Shown here piece by piece: positions 1 through 10,519 of a stretch of DNA of 27,580 bases. Position numbers and translations under genes: made by a program. Each line of letters starts with the position of its first letter. Position 1 is the first letter of the stretch. Below the pieces are notes generated by a model. The model was not told the origin of the DNA and did no database searches. It worked only from the letters and a program-made list of their open reading frames with translations. The DNA comes from Emiliania huxleyi CCMP1516 (Eukaryota). The stretch lies in assembly GCF_000372725.1 (NCBI RefSeq), contig NW_005202368.1, forward strand, positions 480,293 to 507,872, written 5' to 3'.

Positions 1-447
1 CAGCGAGTACGCGGCGGCGTGCATGATGGGGAGGGTGACCCCCAAAACGAACAGACAGCTAGCGGAGCGCCTTCGTTCCCTCTAGAGTGTGGAGATGTTT
101 TGTGCGGGATCACACAGGCCCGAGTCCCTAGTGTCGCCGGAGCAGGTAGCTCCCTTTTTGAAAACTGAACAGTTTTCTTTTGGACACAACCAGCACCCAA
201 AACATACAAGCCCCTCTCACAGAAAAAGAGACCATGAAAATCAAACAGCGCCGCACCGGCTAGTGACTAAATCTAAAAGCAACACACCGCAACTAATGGA
301 CAACGGACGTCGCGGGGAAATCTTGAGGGGAGTGAGGCAGCGTATGAACAGGAATGTTGACGGTTTTGGACCGCCAAAAGTAGTGGACAAAGGTGCGGGG
401 CGGATGTGCGCCCGGCTCTTGGTTGTGCTCGCATCGCACAGGTCTTC

Positions 448-1646
448 TCAGGAGTGCAACGGGGGCCCCTGCCCGCTAACCTCGCATCCAGGCATCCGGT
501 TGCCGTCTTTCGTCGACACAGGCGCGGCGAATGGGTGTTTGCTTTCGTCGCAGATCTCAGGAGTGCCCTTCTTCGTGTAAATGCGAAGGCATGTGTCATT
601 CCGCCTCCCGGACCCTGACTTCCTGTGGTACAGATGGCATGCGAGAAAACGGCCGGTCCACGCTGCAAACTGGTGGCGCACGTGTGGCTCGTTATGGTCT
701 CCAATTTTCATGTTGGCAAAGACCTTGTTCTTCGCGTTCATACCCTTGTACAAGTCGTACGAGCATTTCGGAGATGTGCAGTGGTTGTGCTTTTTTCCGG
801 GGCTGTCGTCGCCATTCGCGGTAAGGAATAAGGACGGTTTACGTGCCCATGAAGTGTTGTACATGCCCATGGAGTGGTTGGATAGGTTGATGTACAAGTC
901 GTCACCGCCGTGAGAGAAGACCGTGGCCTTGATGTTGACACCTTGATAAGTCTCACCATCTTCAACATAAGATTGATTAGCGTCTTCAACAAATTTTGGC
1001 AGGTGGTGCGCTCCTGCGGAGTGCCCCATTGCGCCGACACTACCCCAGTCAGCCTTCAACGAGCGAGGTAAGCCAAGGTGCGTAGTAAGGCCCATTCTGG
1101 CCCACTTCATGGCGATGAGCAGGTCATTGTCCCTCTTGCATTCTTTGGACGTGTTTTCTATCCACGGCGAACCGTCGGTTTTGGGCGCAATGACGATCAG
1201 GCACTGATTCGCAACGCTCTCTAGCCACGCATCGTACCCCGTCCCATTCATATCTGCGTACTTCGATTCGTAACCAGAGGAGCCCCGGTGAAACATGACA
1301 ACTGGGTACCCTTCATGAGGTGGCGGACCCTTTGTTGGCTCCGTTGGGTAGAATATCTTCGTCTTGGTCGAGCCATCGCCACACGTGTACCGAAGGTTGA
1401 CGTCTCCCGTATTGAGGATGAAAGTTTCGTGTTTGTTGGCGCTGCATGGTGCCTGCTGGGAAACTGGCGGCGGCGGCGGTGGCGGCGGCGAAAAGCAATC
1501 GAGGATGCAGTCGGGGCGGAGTGCGATCGTCGCGCGAAAGAGGCAGCCAATCCCAGGGCTGTATGTGCAGGTCTTGCGCGAGTCTGCGTCCTCAGACTCG
1601 CCGTGGGTCGTCGCGAGCGTGAGAAAGAGGAGGAGATCTGCTTCAT
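448..1646 (-). CDS. Probably secreted alpha/beta-hydrolase (chlorophyllase/cutinase-like), intronless, with an apparent 1-nt frameshift near 1636
   Basis: The frame of ORF 448..1296 stays open upstream to 1677 and adds KIFYPTEPTKGPPPHEGYPVVMFHRG. It has the nucleophile elbow AMGHSAGA, an acid motif KPSLFLTANGDD and a His motif KVFANMKIGDHNEP. ATG at 1646 (MKQI) joins LLLFLTLATTHG if one base is restored. Cys-rich N-terminus and poly-Pro linker. Confidence 0.8.
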
Positions 1647-3253
1647 CGTCTGCGACGAGGGAGACACGGCGACGCCTTTACGGCCTTTGCCGGCCTTGAA
1701 GGATCAGAACAGTGGTTTTTCTTTTTTGAGAGTTGGATAGGGCTAGCGGCTGGCCGCTAGCCTCTGAGGAGGGCGCCCATAGACACCTCACATGACCCCA
1801 CACACGGTCTTGTCCGGCCTCGCGGTCGGCGAGATTGCTAGAGGCGGAGCAAGCCTGCTCTAGTCTCACATGTTGCTTCCTGTCGTCTGTTGTGTTGTTG
1901 TGACCTTGTTTGTTCCTTTGGCACCTTGGAGTGCTGGGGGAGGCGACAGGGAGGATGTGGCCCTGAGTGATGTGTACGCCATCGCACCCCGCCCCGGCCC
2001 TGCAGGCCATCCCAGAGGGCCAGGCGAGGCTCCACACAATCCTGGGAGCGTGCTGAGCAGGCTAGGGCTCCCGTCGAGAACGCGCGGCGACGCACCTGGA
2101 CAGTGAGTGTGTGAGTGAGTATTCTTGATACGAAACCACGACGACACACACCAGTCGACTCGCATCGGTTGCCTCCATGAACGGCGGAGCTACAGAGAGG
2201 GGCCGCCATCGCCGAAGCTGTGCCAAAGCATAACTCCAAAACCCGCAGCGGCCCGGGGGGCCTTGGGGGCAGCCTGCCGGACCGCCGCTGCACGGGGCTA
2301 GGCACCAGAAGATGAGTGGAATTGATGAATTGGGCCGGTGTCCGTGCCTCCCCTCTATACGTCAGAGTGGGACCTACGCCGCGCCGGGTAAGGGGCGCGC
2401 CCGGTCCTCGACGGAGCCGCGCGCCCCGAACGACCCAGGCGGCGAGTAGTCGTCCTCGAACCTTCGACATGTAGTTGCCCATAGTTAGCGCCCGCCCGCC
2501 CCCCCCCTCCGTCGCTTCGCAAAAGAAAAAACAAAATAAAAACAAGCAAAAGAGAAAGCGAAGCCCAAAACGATTGCGTAAACGGCGTCACAAAGCCCGC
2601 CGGTTTTGATCGACAATCGTGAGATTGACCGCCGTCGACCAGAGAATGGCAGACGATGCGTCAGCTTGTGCGGCGCTCGCGCCGCGCAGGCTGGCCCATC
2701 GAGGGCACTCTCTGGCGCTGTCCGGGCCAAGCGCGGCGCCGCGCATGCTGCGTGCCACTCGCCGTGGCTTGCGGTGCAGCGCCACTGCAGCCTCGAAAAC
2801 GTCGCGCACAGCACCAGCATGCCGCCCACCAGGCAGCAGAGTGCTGCACCGGCGTGCAGCGGACGCTGCGGCGCTGCGGCGTCGCCTCCCCGCCCTGTCC
2901 ACGGAGCAGACGAGCGGCGGCACGGCCCTCCACCAGCTGCAGGAGTTGCGCACTTCCCAAAGGAAGCACAGGATGCTCCCGCAGTTTACGCAGCTTTGTG
3001 CAGCGCAGCGCACGGGCCACGCCACACAAAGCCGACCCTCAGCCTGGCCAAGAGGCTGTCTGCGGAAGGCCTGGCAGCGCGTACGCGCCTCCTCCGCGGC
3101 CATGCCCTCCGCCCGGGCGAGCGAGGAGCGAGGACACAACCATTTCTGGAATCGTGTGTCCCCGATCCTCGCTTTTTTTTTTCGCCTCCGCGCCTCCCTT
3201 CAACGAACATTTCGCTGCCTCGCCTCTCCGCGAGCGCTGCGGACAGAGCGAGC

Positions 3254-6200
3254 ATGGTGATGGAAGTGGTGCTGGGGGAGTACGGAGATGGGGGGGAGAC
3301 GCAGGAGCTCACGCAGCAGCCCGACACCGGCCCAGAGACGACGCCACCAGCCCAGAGTGGCGGCGACGAGGCGGCGCCCGAAGCCACCTGGGGCCGGCTG
3401 ATCTGCCTGGCGCCCGAGCCTGGGATCCACGAGCTAAAGCAGCGTCAGTGCGTCATGGGTCGCACCACCAACGCGCACGCGCAGATCCAGATCGACGACG
3501 CCCGCGTGAGGTGTGTGCGCGCGTCGCAGCCTGCTGCATCGCTGCATCACTCCCGCGACTCCGCCCGCGCGGCGGCGCCCCCGTCTGCGAGTGTCCCGCG
3601 CCCCGCCGACGCCCTGCACTCCGACGCCTCGCCCCGCCGACCCTCGCCGCTCCCCGCCGCAGCTCCTCGCACTGCAAGATCTTTCGCACGCCGGAGGGTG
3701 CGGTGCAGCTGCTCGACTGCTCCTCGAACGGGACGTACGTCAACGGCAAGGCGGTCGGCAAGTCTAAGCTCCACATCCTCTCCTCCGGCGACGAGATCGC
3801 GCTGCTCAACCCGAGCGCAAAGGCGCGACGCTGCCAAGACGCTGCCAAGACGCTGCCGAGACGCTGCCGAGACGCTTCTTCCGAGACGCTTCCGAGACCC
3901 TTCCGAGACGCTTCCGAGACGCTGCCGAGACGCTGCCGAGACGCTTGGGAGACGCTTGGGAGACGCTTGGGAGACCCGCTGCCGCTCCCTCACCGCCGCC
4001 TCCCTCTCCTCCCCTCCCTCTCCCTCCTCGTCCCCTCCCCTCCCTCTCCCTCCTCGCCGCCCCTCCCTCGCCGCCCCTCCCTCCCCGCTCTTCCCCCAAC
4101 TCCCCACGCTTCTCCCTCCCGCAGGCACACGAGGCGGCGGGCGGCGGCGGCGGCAAGCCGACGCACTACCACTACCTCTACCAAGACTTGCGCCCCCCCA
4201 CGGCCAGACAGCCGCCGCCGCCGCCGCGCGCCGCCGCCGTGCCCTGCAGGGAAGCGGCGCGCGCCTCGCCGCCGCCGCCGCCGCCGCCGGCCTCCTCCAA
4301 GCTGCTCCGCAACACGAGCTTTGTCGACGCTGGGGGAGGGGGCGGGCCGTCGCGGGCGGACTTTGAGGCGGTGGCGGCGCGGGGCGTAGCTGGGAAACCG
4401 CTGCCTGCATACCCCCCTCCCCACCCCTNNNNNNNNNNNNNNNNNNNNNNNNNNNNNNNNNNNNNNNNNNNNNNNNNNNNNNNNNNNNNNNNNNNNNNNN
4501 NNNNNNNNNNNNNNNNNNNNNNNNNNNNNNNNNNNNNNNNNNNNNNNNNNNNNNNNNNNNNNNNNNNNNNNNNNNNNNNNNNNNNNNNNNNNNNNNNNNN
4601 NNNNNNNNACGCACCCGCAACACCCCCCACCTCTCTCCCCATCACCAGAGGGAGGGGTGCGGCAGGGCGTGCTCCGCGCATCACCTAGTGCGCTCAGCTC
4701 GCCGCACTCCGCCGTGCTTGCAGCCGTATGTGCTCGCAGCCCCGACTCTGCTGTCTCCTCGCCGCAGGAGCCGTATCTCCCCCTATCTCCCCCCATCTCC
4801 CCCCATCTCGCCGCAGGAGCTCGGCCGCGGCTCCTTCGCCACCGTGCACAAGGTGGTCCACCGCGATCTCCCCATATCTCCCCATATCTCCCCATATCTC
4901 CTTCGCCACCGTGCACAAGGTGGTCCACCGCGATCTCCCCATATCTCCCCATATCTCCCCATATCTCCTTCGCCACCGTGCACAAGGTGGTCCACCGCGA
5001 TCTTCCCACATCTCCCCATATCTCCTTCGCCACCGTTCACAAGGGGTCCACCAGACCTTTCCTAGACCGTTCCTAGACCGTTCCTAGACCGCTCCTTGAC
5101 CTTTCCTTGACCTTTCCTTTGCCACCCTACGCAAGGTGGTGCACCGGCGGACCGGCGACAAGTATGCGATGAAGGCGGGCCACTTTCAGAGACACTTTCA
5201 GAGACACTGTCAGAGACACTGTCAGAGACACTGTCAGAGACACTGTCAGAGACACTGTCAGAGACACTGTCAGAGACACTGTCAGAGACAATGTCAGAGA
5301 CACTTTCAGAGACACTTTCAGAGACACTGTCAGAGACATTGTCAGAGACACTTTCAGAGACACGCCCTAGACAGTGTCAGAGACACGCCCGAGACACCGA
5401 GGAGATGGCTCCGTCAGCAGGAGCTAGACTGCCACACCCGAGACACTTCCGAGACACTTCCGAGACACTTCCGAGACACTTCCGAGACACTTCCGGGACA
5501 CTTCCGAGACACTTCCGGGACACTTCCACGCGTGGGCCGCTGTGAATCAGCGGTGAGTCAGCTGCCAAGGCGGTGGTCGCCAGATCTCCCCATATCTCCT
5601 CATATCTCCCCATATCTCCTCATATCTCCCCATATCTCCCCATATCTCCCCATATCTCCCCATATCTCCCCATATCTCAGGCGATCGAGAAGCGCAGGCT
5701 GCTCACCGCCAGCCGCGCGAGAGGCCTGCCTCCGGACGAGCTCACCCGGCTGACGCTCTCCGAGGTGTGGGGAGATGCGGGGAGATGCGGGGAGATGTGG
5801 GGAGATGTGGGGAGATGCGAGCTCACCCGGCTGACGCTCTCCGAGGTGTGGGGAGATGTGGGGAGATGTGGGGAGATGTGGGGAGATGTGGGGAGATGCG
5901 AGCTCACCCGGCTGACGCTCTCCGAGGTGCGGGGAGATGTGGGGAGATGTGGGGAGATGCGAGCTCACCCGGCTGACGCTCTCTGAGGAGCGGGGAGATG
6001 CGGGGAGATGCGGGGAGATGTGGGGAGATGCGAGCTCACCCGGCTGACGCTCTCCGAGGTGTGGGGAGATGCGGGGAGATGTGGGGAGATGTGGGGAGAT
6101 GTGGGGAGATGCGAGCTCACCCGGCTGACGCTCTCCGAGGTGTGGGGAGATGCGGGGAGATGTGGGGAGATGCGAGCTCACCCGGCTGACGCTCTCCGAG

Positions 6201-9200
6201 GTGTGGGGAGATGCGGGGAGATGTGGGGAGATGCGAGCTCACCCGGCTGACGCTCTCCGAGGTGTGGGGAGATGCGGGGAGATGTGGGGAGATGCGGGGA
6301 GATGTGGGGAGATGCGAGCTCACCCGGCTGACGCTCTCCGAGGAGCGGGGAGATGCGGGGAGATGTGGGGAGATGTGGGGAGATGCGAGCTCACCCGGCT
6401 GACGCTCTCCGAGGTGTGGGGAGATGTGGGGAGATGCGGGGAGATGTGGGGAGATGCGAGCTCACCCGGCTGACGCTCTCCGAGGTGTGGGGAGATGCGG
6501 GGAGATGCGGGGAGATGCGGGGAGATGTGGGGAGATGCGAGCTCACCCGGCTGACGCTCTCCGAGGTGTGTGGAGATGCGGGGAGATGTGGGGAGATGTG
6601 GGGAGATGCGAGCTCACCCGGCTGACGCTCTCCGAGGAGCGGGGAGATGCGGGGAGATGTGGGGAGATGTGGGGAGATGTGGGGAGATGCGGGGAGATGT
6701 GGGGAGATGCGAGCTCACCCGGCTGACGCTCTCCGAGGTGTGGGGAGATGCGGGGAGATGCGGGGAGATGCGGGGAGATGTGGGGAGATGTGGGGAGATG
6801 TGGGGAGATGCGAGCTCACCCGGCTGACGCTCTCCGAGGTGTGGAGAGATGCGGGGAGATGCGGGGAGATGCGAGCTCACCGGCTGACGCTCTCCGAGGT
6901 GTGGGGAGATGCGGGGAGATGTGTGGAGATGCGGGGAGATGTGGGGAGATGCGAGCTCACCCGGCTGACGCTCTCCGAGATGTGGGGAGATGCGGGGAGA
7001 TGTGGGGAGATGTGGGGAGATGCGAGCTCACCCGGCTGACGCTCTCCGAGGTGTGGGGAGATGCGGGGAGATGTGGGGAGATGTGGGGAGATGCGAGCTC
7101 ACCCGGCTGACGCTCTCCGAGGTGTGGGGAGATGCGGGGAGATGTGGGGAGATGTGGGGAGATGCGAGCTCACCCGGCTGACGCTCTCCGAGGTGTGGCG
7201 AGATGTGGGGAGATGTGGGGAGATGTGGGGAGATGCGAGCTCACCCGGCTGACGCTCTCCGAGGAGCGGGGAGATGCGGGGAGATGTGGGGAGATGTGGG
7301 GAGATGTGGGGAGATGCGAGCTCACCCGGCTGACGCTCTCTGAGGAGCGAGAGTACGCGAGATTACGCGAGATTGCACCCGATCCTCTCTGAGGAGCGGG
7401 ATGGTGGAGGAGCAGCTGCGCGCTGTGAGGTAGCCGCTCATTGCCCGCTGCCCCAGGCGATGATCCTCAAGTCTCCCCATATCTCCCCATATCTCCCCGC
7501 TATCTCCCCATATCTCCCATATCTCCCTAGGCGAGGATCCTCAAGTCTTTGCACCACGCGCACATCATCCGCTTCTACGACGTCTTCGCGACGGAGACCG
7601 AGCCCTGCCTGCTGGTGGAGCGGAGTCGTACTTCACGACAACGAGAGTAGGTCTTTGAGACGGAGACCGAGCTCTGTCTGCTGGTGGAGCTCGTCGAGGG
7701 CGGTGAGCTCTTTGATCACCTGATCTCCCCACATCTCCCCACGTCTCCCCACATCTCCCCACATCTCGCCAAACGAGCTCCTTGACCACCCGATCTCCCC
7801 ATATCTCCCCATATCTCCCCGTATCTCCCCATATCTCCCCATATCTCCCCGTATCTCCCCACATCTCCCCGTATCTCCCCGTATCTCCCCGTATCTCCGC
7901 AGGCGAGCTCTTCGACCACCTGATTGAGCACGGCGCCTTCAAGGAGGTGGGCGCGCGCGCCGTCATGGCGCAGCTGCTCGATGCCGTCGGCTGTCCTAGA
8001 AGCGGACGACGGTTCTTGTCTCCCAACTAGCGCTCGAGAGGACACGTACTCCGCTGCGTTCGGCCGCCTTCGCACCCCGAGGGCGGTGTGATCGTTCCCG
8101 CAGGTCGGCTACCTCCACTCCAAGTCAATCGTCCACCGCGACCTCAAGCCGGAGAACATCCTGCTGCAGGCGGTCTGGCGAGATCTGGCGAGATCTGGGG
8201 AGATCTGGGGAGATATGCACCGCGACCTCAAGCCGGAGAAATCCTGCTGCAGGCGGGCTGGCGAGATCTGGCGAGATCTGGGGAGAGATGCCCTCGGCTA
8301 CCCCCTCGGCTTGCCGCTCGGCCGTCCCTCCAGCCCGCGCCCCGTCCTGCTGCAGGCTGCGCCGGAGGGCGGCGCTGTCCCCGTCTGCAAGATAGCCGAC
8401 TTTGGGCTCGCCAAGCTGGTCGGCCAGGACACACCTGTCGGCTCGCAGCTGCCGCGGGTTTCTGCCTGGACACGTCCACGACACGTCCGTGACGCGCGCC
8501 CCGTAGGACCGCGTCGCGTCGACCTTTTGCGGGACGCCGCAGTACTTTGCGCCGGAAGTGCTCGGCTGCCGCGAGTCAAAGCGAGGCGACGAGTCTGCGT
8601 GCGACCTCTGGAGGAGGCGGCTGTGAACGGCGTCTGCTCACACCTGCAGCTGTGAACAGGCTACGACTCTGCGTGCGACCTCTGGTCCTTGGGCGTGATC
8701 CTGTACTCTCCTGCTTTGCGGCCCCCTTGAACGAGATCACCCGAGATCACGCCCGAGATGCGACTTCGAGCGTAGGTACATCCTGCTCTGCGGCTCCCCC
8801 CCCTTCAACGAGACCGCGGGCTGCTCCGATACCATCTTCGACCAGATCCGGCGAGGCATCCGGCCGTCACTCCACTTTGCGCACGCGCCATGGCCGGGCA
8901 TTTCCCCCGCCGCGAGGTCAGCTCCTCCTAGCTGCAGCAGTGGAGTACGTATTCGTGTCTCCCAACCAGCGCTCGAGAGGACACGGACTCAACTGTACTC
9001 CGCGGCCCTCCGCTGTGTTCGCCCCCCCTCGTATCCACGCGGTGCTCTGAAAGACTATTGCACGAGACCATATCTCCTCAGATCTCCCCATATCTCCCCA
9101 TATCTCGACTCTTGCACGATACCGTCCTGACGTGCACGAGACCGTCCTGACGCCGGTGTATTCAGCACGCAGGCAGCTCGTCGGCGCGAGATTCTCTCGT

Positions 9201-9867
9201 CACATCTCCTCAGATCTCCCCATATCTCCCCATATCTCGCAGGCAGCTCGTCGGCGCGATGCTGGAGCTGGACCCGCAGCGCCGCATCACCGTCGCCGCC
9301 GCCAAGGAGCCGTCGGGCCTCAGAGGTGCTGGCGGCGTTTATCGGCGTCTCTTCACACCTCCCGGCCGTGAACAGGAGCACCCGTGGATGAGGGGCCTTA
9401 GCGAGGCGTCCGACGCCGCGCCGCAGCCTTTTCGGCCGGCGTCGCCGCTCGAGGACATCTCCGAGTACTCGGACGAAGGCGAGGACGGAGCGTGGCACCA
9501 GAGGCGGGCGCAGGGGTCGTACGACCAGCCCAAGCGGCAGCGTGTTGCGGCGGCGCCGCGTGCGGCGGCCGAGCCGAGCCGGCGCCACCCGCCCCACCTT
9601 CCCGCCCGCAAGGGCGGCGGGGTTGCCGCCGCCGCCGCGCCGCCGCGGCACGGCGGCGGTTCGCTGGCGCGTCCGCTTCAGGCCGCCGTGATGGAGCCCA
9701 ACCGCGCGGTGGCGATGCCTCCGCCCGCCTCGCAGCCGCAGCTCTTCAAACAGCCGCACGCGCCCGCGGGGAGGCCGTCGGGCAGCGCCGCCGCCCCCAC
9801 CGGCCGCGGCGGCAAGACGGCGTCTGCGAGCAGCGGCCGCTACGCCACGCTCAACATCACGTCGTGA
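3254..9867 (+). CDS. CHK2: CHK2/Rad53/Cds1-like checkpoint kinase (TQ cluster, FHA, Ser/Thr kinase), multi-exon
   Basis: Exons: 3254-3510, 3663-3822, 4125-~4367 (end unclear, gap follows), 4817-4852, 5136-5174, 5681-5764, 7531-7581, 7651-7702, 7903-7985, 8104-8169, 8356-8427, 8507-8585, 8660-8702, 8776-8916, 9243-9306, 9376-9867. Spliced motifs: ETQELTQQ; WGRL..GR..RVSSSHCKI..DCSSNGTYVNG (FHA); ELGRGSFATVHKVVHRRTGDKYAMK; ELVEGGELFD; HRDLKPENIL; KIADFG; TFCGTPQYFAPE; DLWSLGVILYILLCGSPPF; EHPWM. Confidence 0.9.
3827..3975 (+). repeat. Intronic 11-nt tandem repeat (GCCGAGACGCT)n
   Basis: Visible at the 5' end of GC-AG intron 3823-4124. Confidence 0.9.
4429..4608. other. Assembly gap inside the kinase gene
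   Basis: Run of N; may hide a short exon. Confidence 1.
4832..5053 (+). repeat. Four copies of the kinase exon junction (TCCTTCGCCACCGTGCACAAGGTGGTCCACCG) separated by (ATATCTCCCC)n
   Basis: The first copy spans the exon end; three more lie in intron 4853-5135, the last one degenerate. Confidence 0.9.
5180..5680 (+). repeat. Intronic repeats (CAGAGACACTGT)n, (CCGAGACACTT)n and (CATATCTCCC)n
   Basis: Three successive tandem arrays in GC-AG intron 5175-5680. Confidence 0.9.
5738..7345 (+). repeat. Composite minisatellite: exon end plus donor (GAGCTCACCCGGCTGACGCTCTCCGAG|GT), about 22 copies, separated by (GGGGAGATGY)n
   Basis: One exonic copy and 21 intronic copies counted by eye; periods mostly 61, 71, 81 or 101 nt. 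Confidence 0.95.
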
Positions 9868-10519
9868 AGGCGGCGGGGTGTGGGGGTTGGGCGGTGCACG
9901 GTGCGGCGGAGGACGGAGCTCTAGGAGGCCGCGGCCGGCGGAGAGGGAGAGGCGTGGGAGGAGGTTGGTGGCGCGGCGTGGGGGGGGCGGGGGGCGGGGG
10001 TCTCGTCGGGCGGAGGTGCCGGGGAGCGAGGCCCTCTCTACCGTTAGTGGCGCACTGGCTCTCCTTGGAGGAGGCGGTGCGATAAACAGTCATCAATCTC
10101 TTGAAGATAAAGATATCAAAGTAAAGGTAAAGCCGTTCTCTTGGTGGGAGGAGGTATAAGTATAATTCCGAAGTACTGCGTACGGCCGGCGCTGTCGAGT
10201 GTCGTCCGGGGTTTGCTCATTGCTGTCAGGCTGTCTCAGATCAGGCGGCTCAGGAGCTGGGTGCGCTTCTTAGCTCCCTGGCCCTGGGTGTGAGGCTATC
10301 GACTGCAACGGTGCAAGAGTGCTCCAGGTGCTCCAACGAACACCTCTACCTAGAAGATCAATCAATAAAACGGACACGCAAACAACGAGGGGTGGGAGAT
10401 CGAAGAAGGACAGGGTCCACCCACCATCCCACCTGCATCATTGCGGCATCGCCGAGTTCTTCGTGCGGCTTCGCACCTCGCCCGCTGACGCCCAGCTTGC
10501 GCTGCCCGTCCTCGTCCAG

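Noticed and set aside
157..176. Resemblance to a bacterial rRNA leader motif (TTTGAAAACTGAACA)
   Set aside because: No rRNA sequence nearby and the context is eukaryotic.
1838..2482. Minus-strand gene starting MGNYMSK (myristoylation-like) with a GT donor
   Set aside because: The best acceptor (2355) leads to an early stop, and no consistent downstream exons were found.
2606..4389. 586-aa and 577-aa ORFs
   Set aside because: GC-rich read-through across the upstream region, FHA exons and introns; only the exon parts are supported.
5738..7345. CRISPR-like array
   Set aside because: The spacers are the same decamer microsatellite, the repeat is a kinase exon end, no cas genes are present, and the context is eukaryotic.
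5573..7392. Many ORFs with GRCGEMWGD or ISPHLP repeats
   Set aside because: These are translations of intronic tandem repeats.
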